The translations under genes were made by a program, and so were the position numbers. 48,379 bases of DNA from Thermodesulfobacteriota bacterium (GTDB lineage Bacteria; Desulfobacterota_D; UBA1144; Nemesobacterales; N074bin48). Numbering within the stretch: the first letter of the stretch is position 1; every line of letters starts with the position of its first letter. Of this stretch, positions 36,820 through 48,379 are shown piece after piece. The stretch is taken from assembly GCA_041572575.1 (NCBI GenBank), contig JBFFSH010000011.1, positions 1-48,379 of the forward strand, written 5' to 3'. The notes under the pieces are model-generated. The model searched no databases and was not told the DNA's origin. It saw nothing but the letters and a program-made list of their open reading frames with translations.

Positions 36820-38409
36820 TTGAAAGTATTAATATCAGATGGACTATCACAAGACGGGCTTGATATATTGGAGTCAAGCGGAAAAATTCAGGTAGACGTA
36901 AAAAAGGGTATAGAAAAAGATGAACTTCTTAAGATCATTAAAGATTACGACGCATTAATAGTAAGGAGTGCGACAAAAGCTACCAAGGAAGTAATTGATG
37001 CCGCAGAAGGAAAGCTAAGAGTTATAGGAAGGGCAGGAATTGGTGTTGATAACATCGACATACCCTATGCTACAAAGATGGGTGTTGTGGTTATGAATAC
37101 TCCTGAGTCAAATGCCATAACAACTGCTGAACACGCTATCGCCATCATGTTTGCTCTTGCAAGAAAAATACCTCAAGCTCATAAATCCCTTACATCAGGT
37201 GAGTGGAAAAGAGATAAATTTAAGGGTACAGAAATTTATGGCAAAACCTTCGGGGTAATAGGTCTTGGTAATATAGGAAAACTTGTTGCTGAAAGGGCTC
37301 TTGGTCTACAAATGAGAGTCATAGCCTATGACCCATTTATAACTGAAGAAGCCGCATCGAAGCTTGGAGTAGAGCTTGTTGAGCTGGACGATCTTATTAA
37401 AACCGCTGAAATAATAACAATCCACACTCCGCTAACTCCAGAAACCAAGGATTTAATCAACAAAGATACATTTGATAAAATGAAAGACGGGGTGCTCCTT
37501 ATTAACTGCGCCAGAGGAGGCATAGTTAACGAACAAGACCTGGCGGCTGCTATTAAAGAGGGCAAGATAGGCGGCGCTGCTCTGGATGTTTATGTAAATG
37601 AACCCCCAGCAGCAGATCATGAACTATTTTCGATAGAAGACAATGTAGTATTCACTCCACATCTCGGAGCGTCTACCTCCGAGGCTCAGGCAAAAGTTGG
37701 CATAGCAATGGCCGAGCAGATTCAGGATTTCCTGCTAAATGATGTAGTTAGAAATGCTGTGAATATGCCCTCGCTCAGTCTGGATATTCTAAAAAGAATG
37801 AAGCCTTACCTTACTCTTTTGGAAAAACTTGGAAGCCTTCAGGGGCAGCTCTGCAAGGGCGGGATCGAAGAGATTAGTATTGAATACAGAGGCGATGTGT
37901 CTGAATTTGATGTATCACCGTTAACAGTAGCAGCGCTTAAAGGATTTTTAACCCCTATTATGGATCTGGTGGTAAGTTTTGTTAATGCCCCTGTAATTGC
38001 AAAAGAAAAGGGAATCAAGATTGTAGAGTCAAAATTTTCAGATTCAGAAGATTACACTAGCCTTGTCACCATACAGGTTAAAACCGATGAGGGGAAAACA
38101 AGGGTTTCGGGTACTATATTTGGCAGAGAAGAGCCAAGAATCGTAGGGGTAAACGGTTTCCCAATTGATGTAATACCAGAGGGTTACCTGCTTATAAATG
38201 AAAATGCCGATAAACCCGGTTTTATTGGCGCATTGTGTACTCTTTTGGGCAGTAAAGATGTAAATATTGCAAGGCTTCATCTAGGAAGAGAAAGCATTGG
38301 CGGCAAAGCCATATCTTTTATTAATATAGACAGTCCGGTTTCTAAAGAAGTTGAGCAGGAAATAAGTAAGCTGCCGGATCATATCTCAGTTACACAGGTG
38401 AAACTATAA
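36820..38409 (+). CDS. serA: D-3-phosphoglycerate dehydrogenase (long form with ASB/ACT domains)
   Basis: TTG start after GGAG; VRSATK, GRAGIGVDNID, GLGNIG, NCARGG, TPHLGAST.EAQ, D.PG.IG. Confidence 0.95.
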   Translation: MKVLISDGLSQDGLDILESSGKIQVDVKKGIEKDELLKIIKDYDALIVRSATKATKEVIDAAEGKLRVIGRAGIGVDNIDIPYATKMGVVVMNTPESNAITTAEHAIAIMFALARKIPQAHKSLTSGEWKRDKFKGTEIYGKTFGVIGLGNIGKLVAERALGLQMRVIAYDPFITEEAASKLGVELVELDDLIKTAEIITIHTPLTPETKDLINKDTFDKMKDGVLLINCARGGIVNEQDLAAAIKEGKIGGAALDVYVNEPPAADHELFSIEDNVVFTPHLGASTSEAQAKVGIAMAEQIQDFLLNDVVRNAVNMPSLSLDILKRMKPYLTLLEKLGSLQGQLCKGGIEEISIEYRGDVSEFDVSPLTVAALKGFLTPIMDLVVSFVNAPVIAKEKGIKIVESKFSDSEDYTSLVTIQVKTDEGKTRVSGTIFGREEPRIVGVNGFPIDVIPEGYLLINENADKPGFIGALCTLLGSKDVNIARLHLGRESIGGKAISFINIDSPVSKEVEQEISKLPDHISVTQVKL

Positions 38410-41382
<2,973 letters not shown>

Positions 41383-41414
41383 TCACACCCCTATAAGTAT
41401 TTATTTCCTTTAGT

Positions 41415-42368
41415 TTAAACTTCTTTTTCGTAAGCTTCAATGATCTTTTTTACAATTGGGTGTCTAACCACATCTTTATTCGAAAAATGAACAAAGTCTA
41501 AATTGGGTATATTCTTTAGTATATTCTCACTATGAATAAGCCCGGAGGTCTCGTTTTTCTCCAAATCTATCTGCGTAACGTCTCCTGTAATAACCGCTTT
41601 TGAGTTAAATCCAAGCCTTGTAAGGAACATCTTCATCTGCATAGATGTAGTGTTCTGTGCTTCATCTAAAATAACAAATGCATCGTTAAGTGTCCTGCCT
41701 CTCATAAAAGCCAGTGGCGCTACTTCTATGGCCCCTTTTTCTATAAGCCTTGATGCTTTGTCATAGTCCATCATCTCATAAAGCGCATCAAAAAGCGGTC
41801 TTAGGTAAGGGTCTACTTTTTGAGTGAGATCTCCTGGGAGAAACCCGAGTTTTTCTCCGGCCTCCACAGCGGGTCTTGTAAGAATGATCCTGTTAAATTG
41901 TTTATTTAAAAAAGCCGAGACTGCAAGAGCCATAACCAGATATGTCTTTCCGGTACCCGCGGGGCCGATACCGAATACAATATCGTTTTTTCTGATTGCA
42001 TCAATATAGTGCTTTTGAGCCAGGCTCTTTGGAGCAATGATCCTTTTTCTTGTGGACACACAAATAGTGTCCAGGAATATGTCTTCCAAGGCGTGTTTAT
42101 CTGAAAGTATAATCCTCGAGGCAAGCTCTATATCGCCCGGCTCCAGATGGTAGCCCTTGGTAATGAGGCTATATATCTGAGTAATAAACTTCTCTGCACT
42201 ATCAGTATTTTTTGTTTCTCCATCGAGTGTGATCTTGTTTCCGCGGGTGTGAAGTTTTATCTCGAATAGTTTTTCAATCTCTTTAATATTGGAGTTTTTC
42301 TCACCACAGAGCTGCTTTAGGCAGTTAATATCTTCAAATATGAGGTCTTTGTGTAGAAAATCCTGCAT
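41415..42368 (-). CDS. PhoH family ATPase (YbeZ-like, N-terminal KH-like domain)
   Basis: GPAGTGKT, LTRPAVEAGEKLGFLPG, APLAFMRGRTL, DEAQN, GD.TQ.DL, DVVRHP. Confidence 0.95.
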   Translation of the reverse strand: MQDFLHKDLIFEDINCLKQLCGEKNSNIKEIEKLFEIKLHTRGNKITLDGETKNTDSAEKFITQIYSLITKGYHLEPGDIELASRIILSDKHALEDIFLDTICVSTRKRIIAPKSLAQKHYIDAIRKNDIVFGIGPAGTGKTYLVMALAVSAFLNKQFNRIILTRPAVEAGEKLGFLPGDLTQKVDPYLRPLFDALYEMMDYDKASRLIEKGAIEVAPLAFMRGRTLNDAFVILDEAQNTTSMQMKMFLTRLGFNSKAVITGDVTQIDLEKNETSGLIHSENILKNIPNLDFVHFSNKDVVRHPIVKKIIEAYEKEV

Positions 42369-42546
42369 AGAGTTATGTTGAGAGTATTAGGCTCATAAAG
42401 TTGGCATTAGATTTGCATCTATCTAGATTACCGTTATAGAAAAGTGTTATGAATAAATAAATTGATTTAATATTTGTACCCCATTGTTAATTAATAATTA
42501 TACAGAACAAAATTTAGTCAAACAACCATTGTTTCTATTTACTATA

Positions 42547-42738
42547 CTAATTTTCTGAATTTGCTGATTTCATTCTAAGTTCAATCTTTTGTAGAACATC
42601 CAACTTCTCATCCTTACTGTATCTACTCCAGTTTGCTATCTCTGTAATTGTTCTAAAGCAGGTCTTGCACATCTTTTTACTTTCATCAAGTATGCAGATG
42701 CTCTTGCATGGTGACAGGTTATTGTCTCTATATAACAT
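42547..42738 (-). CDS. DUF1289 family small Cys-rich protein
   Basis: SPC..IC.LD....C..CFRT..EI..W. Confidence 0.85.
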   Translation of the reverse strand: MLYRDNNLSPCKSICILDESKKMCKTCFRTITEIANWSRYSKDEKLDVLQKIELRMKSANSEN

Positions 42739-42741
42739 AAA

Positions 42742-43638
42742 TTAAGAGGTTAGAATCTCATAAACTTCTTCGTATCTGCTTTTTGTCTTTTCCACTATAT
42801 CATCCGGTAGTTTTGGGGCAGGAGGGGTTTTATCCCAGTTGAGGGTATTTAGATAATCCCTTACAAACTGTTTATCAAAACTCTTTTGTGGTCTTCCGGG
42901 TTCGTACTCATCCAGTGGCCAGAATCTTGATGAATCGGGGGTTAAAACCTCATCAATTAATATTAGCTCTCCAGTTTTTAAATCCTGTCCAAACTCAAAC
43001 TTCGTATCTGCAATTATTATTCCTTTGCTTCGGGCATAATCATGAGCTTTTGTATATATGCTAATGCTTAAATCTTTTAGAGTCTTTGCTAAACCCCCTC
43101 CGATCATATCCACAACAGATTCGTATGATATGTTTTCATCATGAAGACCAATCTCAGCTTTTGTAGAAGGCGTAAAAAGCGGCTCAGAAAATTTCTCGGA
43201 TTCTTTTAACCCCTTTGGAAGATCGATGCCAGACGTCGATCCCGTTTGCTGATACTCTTTCCACCCTGAGCCTGCAATATAACCCCTCACTATACATTCC
43301 ACCGGCAGGGGGTTTGTCTTTTGTACCAGCATGCTTCTTTTATCCAGGACGTTTGCATATTTATGTAATTCATGCGGGAAGTCATCTACATCATATGATA
43401 TTAAATGGTTTTTTACTATGTCCTTGGTAAATTCGAACCAGAAGCATGAAATCTGATTTAATATTTTACCTTTTTCCGGGATACCGTTTGGAATTATCAC
43501 ATCAAACGCCGAGATTCTGTCTGTAGAAACTATAAGCAGTTTATCTCCAAGCTCATATATATCCCTTACCTTTCCCTTTCTTGGCTTTGGTCCGCCTGTT
43601 ATAAAGTCTTCAGTATTTAGAACAATATTGCTGCTAAT
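42742..43638 (-). CDS. purC: Phosphoribosylaminoimidazole-succinocarboxamide (SAICAR) synthase, probable ATT start
   Basis: The in-frame region upstream of 43500 encodes GKVRDIY and TDRISAFD; downstream [36 protein letters not shown]. Confidence 0.92.
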   Translation of the reverse strand: MSSNIVLNTEDFITGGPKPRKGKVRDIYELGDKLLIVSTDRISAFDVIIPNGIPEKGKILNQISCFWFEFTKDIVKNHLISYDVDDFPHELHKYANVLDKRSMLVQKTNPLPVECIVRGYIAGSGWKEYQQTGSTSGIDLPKGLKESEKFSEPLFTPSTKAEIGLHDENISYESVVDMIGGGLAKTLKDLSISIYTKAHDYARSKGIIIADTKFEFGQDLKTGELILIDEVLTPDSSRFWPLDEYEPGRPQKSFDKQFVRDYLNTLNWDKTPPAPKLPDDIVEKTKSRYEEVYEILTS

Positions 43639-43747
43639 TTTTACTCACCTGCCCTCAAATGTTGTATTTAAGCTACGTAAAATAATAATTAAATCAAAAA
43701 ATGTTTTAGTTCTTGTTATATTTATTAATTAAAATAGCTGTGCTGTC

Positions 43748-43777
43748 TTGACAATCAAGCCTATATATAAGTAGAAT
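43748..43777 (+). promoter_or_regulatory. sigma70 promoter for tRNA-Val-thrS-infC-rpmI-rplT
   Basis: TTGACA (43748-43753)-N18-TAGAAT (43772-43777), 21 bp before the tRNA. Confidence 0.7.
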
Positions 43778-43798
43778 AAGCCGTTCATCAATATATTT

Positions 43799-43873
43799 GA
43801 GCGCGTAGCTCAGGGGTAGAGCGCTTGCTTGACATGCAAGAGGTCGCAGGTTCAAATCCTGCCGTGCTCACCA
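43799..43873 (+). tRNA. tRNA-Val(GAC)
   Basis: Acceptor stem GAGCGCG/CGTGCTC plus A-CCA; D arm GCTC..GAGC; anticodon arm CTTGC-TT-GAC-AT-GCAAG; T arm GCAGG-TTCAAAT-CCTGC. Confidence 0.97.
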
Positions 43874-43886
43874 CTGCTTAATAATT

Positions 43887-45833
43887 ATGAGTGAAATACA
43901 GGTAAAAATAGATAATAAAGATACGCTGACATTAAACGCCGGAGTTTCAGTGAGCGAAATAGTTGCGGAGTCTGGAACAAAGTCTGACATCATCGGTGCT
44001 GTTATAGATGAGAGGGTTGTTGACCTTCAGTACGAGGTTAGAGAAGACTCGGAAATAGAGTTTATTAAAAGTGGAAGCGACGAGGCGTTATTTTTTGTGC
44101 GTCATACAGCTGCTCACGTTATGGCAGAGGCTGTGCAAAAACTATTTCCGGGGACAAAAGTTACTATAGGTCCAGTAATTAATAACGGTTTTTATTATGA
44201 CTTTGATTATGAAAAAGCTTTTACCGAGGCTGATCTGGAAAAGATTGAAGCCGAGATGAATCGAATTATTAATGAGAAAAAGCCTTTAATAAGAAAAAGT
44301 GTTCCAAGAAGCGAAGCTGTAAAAACATTTGACGGAATGGGTGAAAATTTCAAGGTAGAGATTATTAAAGACCTTCCCGAAGATGAAGATATTACCATCT
44401 ACAACCAGGGGGATTGGTTTGATCTTTGCAGAGGCCCCCATGCGCCGGACACAGGATACATAAAAGCATTTAAACTACTTAGTGTGGCAGGTGCTTACTG
44501 GAGAGGCATAGAAACAAACCCTATGCTGCAAAGAATTTATGGTACAGCGTTTCTAAACAAAAAAGATTTAAAGACATACTTACTAAAGCTCGAAGAAGCT
44601 AAAAAAAGAGATCACAGAAGGCTTGGAATTGATCTTGATCTATTCAGCATACAGGAAGAGATAGGCTCAGGGTTAGTTCTTTGGCACCCCAAGGGCTCAA
44701 AAGTCAGGCGGATTATTGAAGACCTGTGGAGAGCGGAGCATGACAGGTTTGATTATGACCTGTTATTTACTCCACATATTGCAAAGCTTGATTTATGGAA
44801 AACAAGCGGGCATCTGGATTTTTATAAAGAGAATATGTATTCATCCATGGAAGTAGATAACTCTGAATATCAGATTAAACCCATGACATGCCCGTTTCAT
44901 ATAATGGTTTATAAAACAAAAGTGAGAAGCTACCGTGACCTCCCCTTAAGATGGGCAGAGATTGGAACTGTTTACAGATATGAAAGATCTGGTGTGCTTC
45001 ACGGGCTTCTGCGTGTAAGAGGATTTTCTCAGGATGATGCCCATATATTTTGCAGACCTGATCAGATTGAACAGGAAGTTATGAGTGTTATTGATCTTAC
45101 TCTGCTGTTTTTGAAAATATTCGGATTTGACGATTATGAAGTATTTATCTCCACAAGACCAGAAAAATATGTTGGTGATGAGCAGAATTGGGAGCATGCT
45201 ACAAACTCACTTAAAAGTGCGCTTGAAAAAAGAGACATTAAATACGAAATAGACAGCGGCGGCGGGGCTTTTTACGGTCCCAAGATAGACCTTAAGATTA
45301 AAGATGTTTTAGGTAGGTCTTGGCAGTGTTCCACAGTTCAGGTAGATTTTAACCTTCCTGAAAGATTTAATATCAGTTTTGTGGGAGAAGACAATGCTCG
45401 TCATACTCCGATAATGATACACCGGGCTATATTTGGATCTTTCGAGAGGTTTTTTGGAATACTGATCGAGCATTATGGTGGGGCTTTTCCTTTCTGGCTC
45501 AGTCCGGTACAGGTGAAGATTGCTACGATTAGTGACGAACACATTGAATATGGTGAAAAAGTATATAATATACTTAAAGAAAATAATATAAGGGTTGAAA
45601 AGGATTTTAGAAACGAGAAACTTGGTTTGAAAGTAAGGGAGGCTCAGCTTCAAAAAGTACCGTACTTGTTAGTGCTTGGCAGCAAAGAAGCAGAGGAAGG
45701 TTTAATCTCACCCAGAAAACTCGGAGGTACTAATATACCCTCAATGACAACAGAACAATTCTTAACACATATAGAAATGGAAAACAGCGCATACACTTGG
45801 CGGGAGGTAGAAGCTAATAGCGAGAACACCTGA
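43887..45833 (+). CDS. thrS: Threonine--tRNA ligase
   Basis: RHTAAHVMA, DLCRGPH, RDHRRLG, KPM.CP.H, GLLRVRGF.QDDAH, AFYGPKID, IHRA..GS.ERF. Confidence 0.97.
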   Translation: MSEIQVKIDNKDTLTLNAGVSVSEIVAESGTKSDIIGAVIDERVVDLQYEVREDSEIEFIKSGSDEALFFVRHTAAHVMAEAVQKLFPGTKVTIGPVINNGFYYDFDYEKAFTEADLEKIEAEMNRIINEKKPLIRKSVPRSEAVKTFDGMGENFKVEIIKDLPEDEDITIYNQGDWFDLCRGPHAPDTGYIKAFKLLSVAGAYWRGIETNPMLQRIYGTAFLNKKDLKTYLLKLEEAKKRDHRRLGIDLDLFSIQEEIGSGLVLWHPKGSKVRRIIEDLWRAEHDRFDYDLLFTPHIAKLDLWKTSGHLDFYKENMYSSMEVDNSEYQIKPMTCPFHIMVYKTKVRSYRDLPLRWAEIGTVYRYERSGVLHGLLRVRGFSQDDAHIFCRPDQIEQEVMSVIDLTLLFLKIFGFDDYEVFISTRPEKYVGDEQNWEHATNSLKSALEKRDIKYEIDSGGGAFYGPKIDLKIKDVLGRSWQCSTVQVDFNLPERFNISFVGEDNARHTPIMIHRAIFGSFERFFGILIEHYGGAFPFWLSPVQVKIATISDEHIEYGEKVYNILKENNIRVEKDFRNEKLGLKVREAQLQKVPYLLVLGSKEAEEGLISPRKLGGTNIPSMTTEQFLTHIEMENSAYTWREVEANSENT

Positions 45834-46479
45834 GATTAGGGTAAACAGAAGAATAAGGGCCAGGGAACTTAGGCTTGTAGATGCCGATGGTGAACAGCTT
45901 GGTATTTTATCTCTTGATGAAGCATTAAATAGAGCGGAAGAATCGGGGCTTGATCTTGTAGAAGTTGCACCAAATGCCAATCCACCTGTTTGCAGGATAA
46001 TGGATTATGGCAAATATAAGTATGATTTAAAAAAGCAGACCGGGGCAAAGAAGCAAAAAGTTCATACACTCAAAGAAATAAAGTTCAGGCCCAATATAGG
46101 CCAGCATGATTTAGAGGTAAAAGTAAATAGAATAAGAGACTTTTTGACAGAGGGTCATAAAACAAAAGTCAGGATATTTTTTAGAGGAAGAGAAATTACA
46201 CATCCCGATAGGGGTAGAGAACTCGCGCATGGGATACTGGAGACTCTTGGAGAGCTTGCAACAGTAGAATCCAATCCAAAACTTGAAGGTAAGAACCTTG
46301 TTATGGTATTATCTCCGGCCAAAAAGAAAGAACAGCAGAATACAGATAATAAACAAAAAGATAATAAGGAAGTAAGTAAACAGGCAGAAAATAAAGAAAA
46401 TAATGAACAAGCAGATAATAAAGAAGAAAATAAACAAACAGAAAATAAAGAAAGGGTAGAAAAAGATGCCGAAACATAA
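45817..46479 (+). CDS. infC: Translation initiation factor IF-3, ATA start, with repeat-containing C-terminal tail
   Basis: GGAGGT at 45803-45808 precedes in-frame ATA 45817; RVNRRIRARELRLVD.DGEQLG, LDLVEVAP..PPVCRIMDYGKYKY, KEIKFRP.I..HD. Confidence 0.93.
   Translation: MARTPEIRVNRRIRARELRLVDADGEQLGILSLDEALNRAEESGLDLVEVAPNANPPVCRIMDYGKYKYDLKKQTGAKKQKVHTLKEIKFRPNIGQHDLEVKVNRIRDFLTEGHKTKVRIFFRGREITHPDRGRELAHGILETLGELATVESNPKLEGKNLVMVLSPAKKKEQQNTDNKQKDNKEVSKQAENKENNEQADNKEENKQTENKERVEKDAET
46351..46458 (+). repeat. Four imperfect 27-bp tandem repeats in the 3' end of infC
   Basis: Encode KQKDNKEVS / KQAENKENN / EQADNKEEN / KQTENKERV. Confidence 0.8.
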
Positions 46480-46669
46480 AATGAAATCAAACAGAAGTGC
46501 TGCCAAGAGGTTTAAGACAACAGGCTCTGGTAAGATTAGAAGAATGGCCGGTGGTAAGAGTCACCTAAATGTTAAAAAGGCAAGAAAGAGAAAGAGGAGA
46601 CTGCTAAGTCCTGATATTATTGAGGGTACTAGAGCAATTAAGATAAAAAGTTACGTTCCCTATGTATAA
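46466..46669 (+). CDS. rpmI: 50S ribosomal protein L35
   Basis: KMKS...AAKRFK.TGSGK; position after infC. Confidence 0.95.
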   Translation: MPKHKMKSNRSAAKRFKTTGSGKIRRMAGGKSHLNVKKARKRKRRLLSPDIIEGTRAIKIKSYVPYV

Positions 46670-46698
46670 AATAAAATTAGAAATCGGAGTTAAATAAG

Positions 46699-47052
46699 AT
46701 GAGAGTTAGAAAGGCAGTAGCATCGAGAAAAAGAAGAAAAAGAATACTAAAGCAGGCCAAGGGTTTTTGGGGCAGAAGAAGTACGAACATAAGAAGGGCT
46801 AAAGAAACATTAATGAGAGCCTGGGCTTTTGCTTACAGAGACAGAAAAAATAAGAAAAGAACCTTCAGAAGACTTTGGATCGTAAGAATAAATGCCGCAG
46901 TAAGGGCTCATGGACTTTCTTACAGTAAATTCATAAATGGTCTCAAAAAAGCCGGAGTTGAGCTTGACAGAAAAGTCCTTGCCGATCTTGCCGTAAGAGA
47001 TGCTAATAGTTTTAGTAAAGTAGTTGATACTGCTAAGGCTAGTTTGGGGTAG
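46699..47052 (+). CDS. rplT: 50S ribosomal protein L20
   Basis: [41 protein letters not shown]. Confidence 0.97.
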   Translation: MRVRKAVASRKRRKRILKQAKGFWGRRSTNIRRAKETLMRAWAFAYRDRKNKKRTFRRLWIVRINAAVRAHGLSYSKFINGLKKAGVELDRKVLADLAVRDANSFSKVVDTAKASLG

Positions 47053-47124
47053 TTTTATTTAATTTTGGATTATCACATTACACACATATTTGAATAGCAG
47101 TATTTTTGTGATTATTTGTAACTC

Positions 47125-47154
47125 AACAACAGGGGTGGGGAATGCCCTGTTGTT
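47125..47154. terminator. Hairpin, probable terminator between rplT and the convergent gene
   Basis: AACAACAGGG-N10-CCCTGTTGTT 10-bp stem; the U-tract is weak. Confidence 0.55.
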
Positions 47155-47173
47155 AAATTGCTGAATTTAAATA

Positions 47174-47434
47174 CTATATAGGCCCATAACCCACATTAAT
47201 CTCACCGTTATTAATCTTTCTTCCGTATTTTGATATATGTACATGATCGTAACTTTCAAGTTCTATATACTGAGACTTCTCTAAATTTTCTATTACTTGA
47301 ATAATTTCACTTTTATCAATATTTGTTTCTTTTATAAGATTATCAATATTCATATTTACTGAATCGTTTAGTGCGTTCATAACCTTGTTTGCTTTATATT
47401 CGTATGAATCAATTTCATTTATTTGTCTATACAT
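47174..47434 (-). CDS. Small winged helix-turn-helix protein
   Basis: AGGAG upstream; L...M.ID.L..ET.I.KSEI...I..LE...YI......V.IS.YG wHTH pattern. Confidence 0.6.
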   Translation of the reverse strand: MYRQINEIDSYEYKANKVMNALNDSVNMNIDNLIKETNIDKSEIIQVIENLEKSQYIELESYDHVHISKYGRKINNGEINVGYGPI

Positions 47435-47487
47435 TGTCTATCTCCTTTGGTTTGAATTTATATAAATTATGCAATAAATTTCACTGA

Positions 47488-47539
47488 TGTCAAGTAATTG
47501 TCTAGTAATATGCAAATATTATTTGACAAATACTAGACA
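47488..47539. promoter_or_regulatory. 52-bp imperfect palindrome containing both divergent TTGACA -35 boxes
   Basis: TGTCAAGTA-AT-TGTCTAGTA-ATATGCAAATAT-TATTTGACA-AA-TACTAGACA; 20 of 24 arm positions pair. Confidence 0.7.
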
Positions 47540-47579
47540 CACTTTAACCTATCATATAATACGGAGGTAAAGTATATAC

Positions 47580-48038
47580 ATGTATGAACTACCTATAATT
47601 CAAACTAGTGCCTGGGATGACAGAGAAATACAGAAATTTCTTACAGGCTCTCTCATCCCTATGAGGTTGGCTGTTAATGATACTGCCGGTTTTCCTTTAA
47701 TCTGTTCACTGTGGTACTTGTTTGATAACAACAAATTATATTGCGCAACCTCAATAAAATCCAAGATATGTAGGTTGCTGCAAAATAATAATCGCTGTGC
47801 TTTTGAAATTGCACCAAACCATCCACCATATAAAGGTGTACGGGGTCAGGCAAAAGTAAATATAGCTCCTGACTCCGGCAAATTAATACTCAAAAAACTT
47901 ATGACCAGATATCTTGGGACAACTGATTCCAATCTGGCAAAATGGCTTTTGAGCAGAGAACGGAGTGAGCAAAGGCTGATTATAGAACCTCAATGGATTT
48001 CTGCTTGGGACTATTCAGCTAGAATGTCGGCCGACTAA
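47580..48038 (+). CDS. Pyridoxamine 5'-phosphate oxidase-like flavin-binding split-barrel protein
   Basis: GGAGGT RBS; RLA....G.P...SLWY, S.I...L..N.RCAFEI, PYKGVRGQ, WDYS.RM. Confidence 0.85.
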   Translation: MYELPIIQTSAWDDREIQKFLTGSLIPMRLAVNDTAGFPLICSLWYLFDNNKLYCATSIKSKICRLLQNNNRCAFEIAPNHPPYKGVRGQAKVNIAPDSGKLILKKLMTRYLGTTDSNLAKWLLSRERSEQRLIIEPQWISAWDYSARMSAD

Positions 48039-48378
48039 TCGGAATCGCATTCATCACTGGAGCAGGCTTTGCATGTTTTTCCACAAAGATGTCTTCAGTT
48101 AGCCTGTAGGGCAGAAGCATCTTGTCTATTTGACTGTCCAGCTTGGTCTTCATATTGTAACAACCTATACACATCGACCTCTGAAGTCTGGGATCAATGG
48201 CAATCATATGAAGCTCATACATGCCGCAAATACAACAGAAGTTGCCGCACCCATTTGTCCAGTCCTCATTCATATGAGTGAAAAACATAAGATTGTTCTG
48301 TGGTGAGTCTGAAACCAGCTGAAACAGCGGGTTATCCGTGGTGAAACCAGAAGTACTAATTTGATTCGGAAAGCTATG
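48019..48378 (-). CDS. Hypothetical Cys-rich protein, probably 5' truncated by window edge
   Basis: Frame is open to the end of the window (HSFPNQIST...NNLMFFTHMNEDW...); CCICG and CIGC pairs. Confidence 0.45.
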   Translation of the reverse strand, partial: HSFPNQISTSGFTTDNPLFQLVSDSPQNNLMFFTHMNEDWTNGCGNFCCICGMYELHMIAIDPRLQRSMCIGCYNMKTKLDSQIDKMLLPYRLTEDIFVEKHAKPAPVMNAIPISRPTF

Positions 48379-48379
48379 A

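Noticed and set aside
43650..43745. Purine or ZTP riboswitch upstream of purC
   Set aside because: Very AT-rich with no recognisable stems or consensus.
43799..43873. tRNA as an integration site for a genomic island
   Set aside because: No integrase and no duplicated tRNA 3' end seen; both flanks are core genes.

Overview
AT-rich bacterial chromosomal segment with about 55 genes. It contains no CRISPR array, rRNA, integrase or transposase. The right third is housekeeping: prfC, tatC, serA-hisZ-purA, phoH, purC and tRNA-Val(GAC)-thrS-infC-rpmI-rplT. That gene order resembles Desulfobacterota/Deltaproteobacteria-type lineages (weak inference). The left two-thirds is accessory: redox and thiol proteins, two luciferase-like oxidoreductases, a DUF1326/DUF2182 pair, a stand-alone RnfD-like/DUF2330 pair, FRG plus a RelE/ParE toxin-antitoxin module, and CrcB and ClC anion transporters. 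Best leads: (1) an ABC importer operon with three substrate-binding domains and an embedded STAS protein whose C-terminal domain carries acetolactate-decarboxylase-like Zn/Glu motifs; (2) a full-length SRAP/YedK homologue with all three catalytic residues replaced; (3) a 46-aa basic microprotein with an internal repeat, absent from the ORF track; (4) a probable ATT start codon for purC, besides the ATA start of infC; (5) a 52-bp four-half-site palindrome covering two back-to-back promoters. All family calls come from motif recognition by eye, not database searches.
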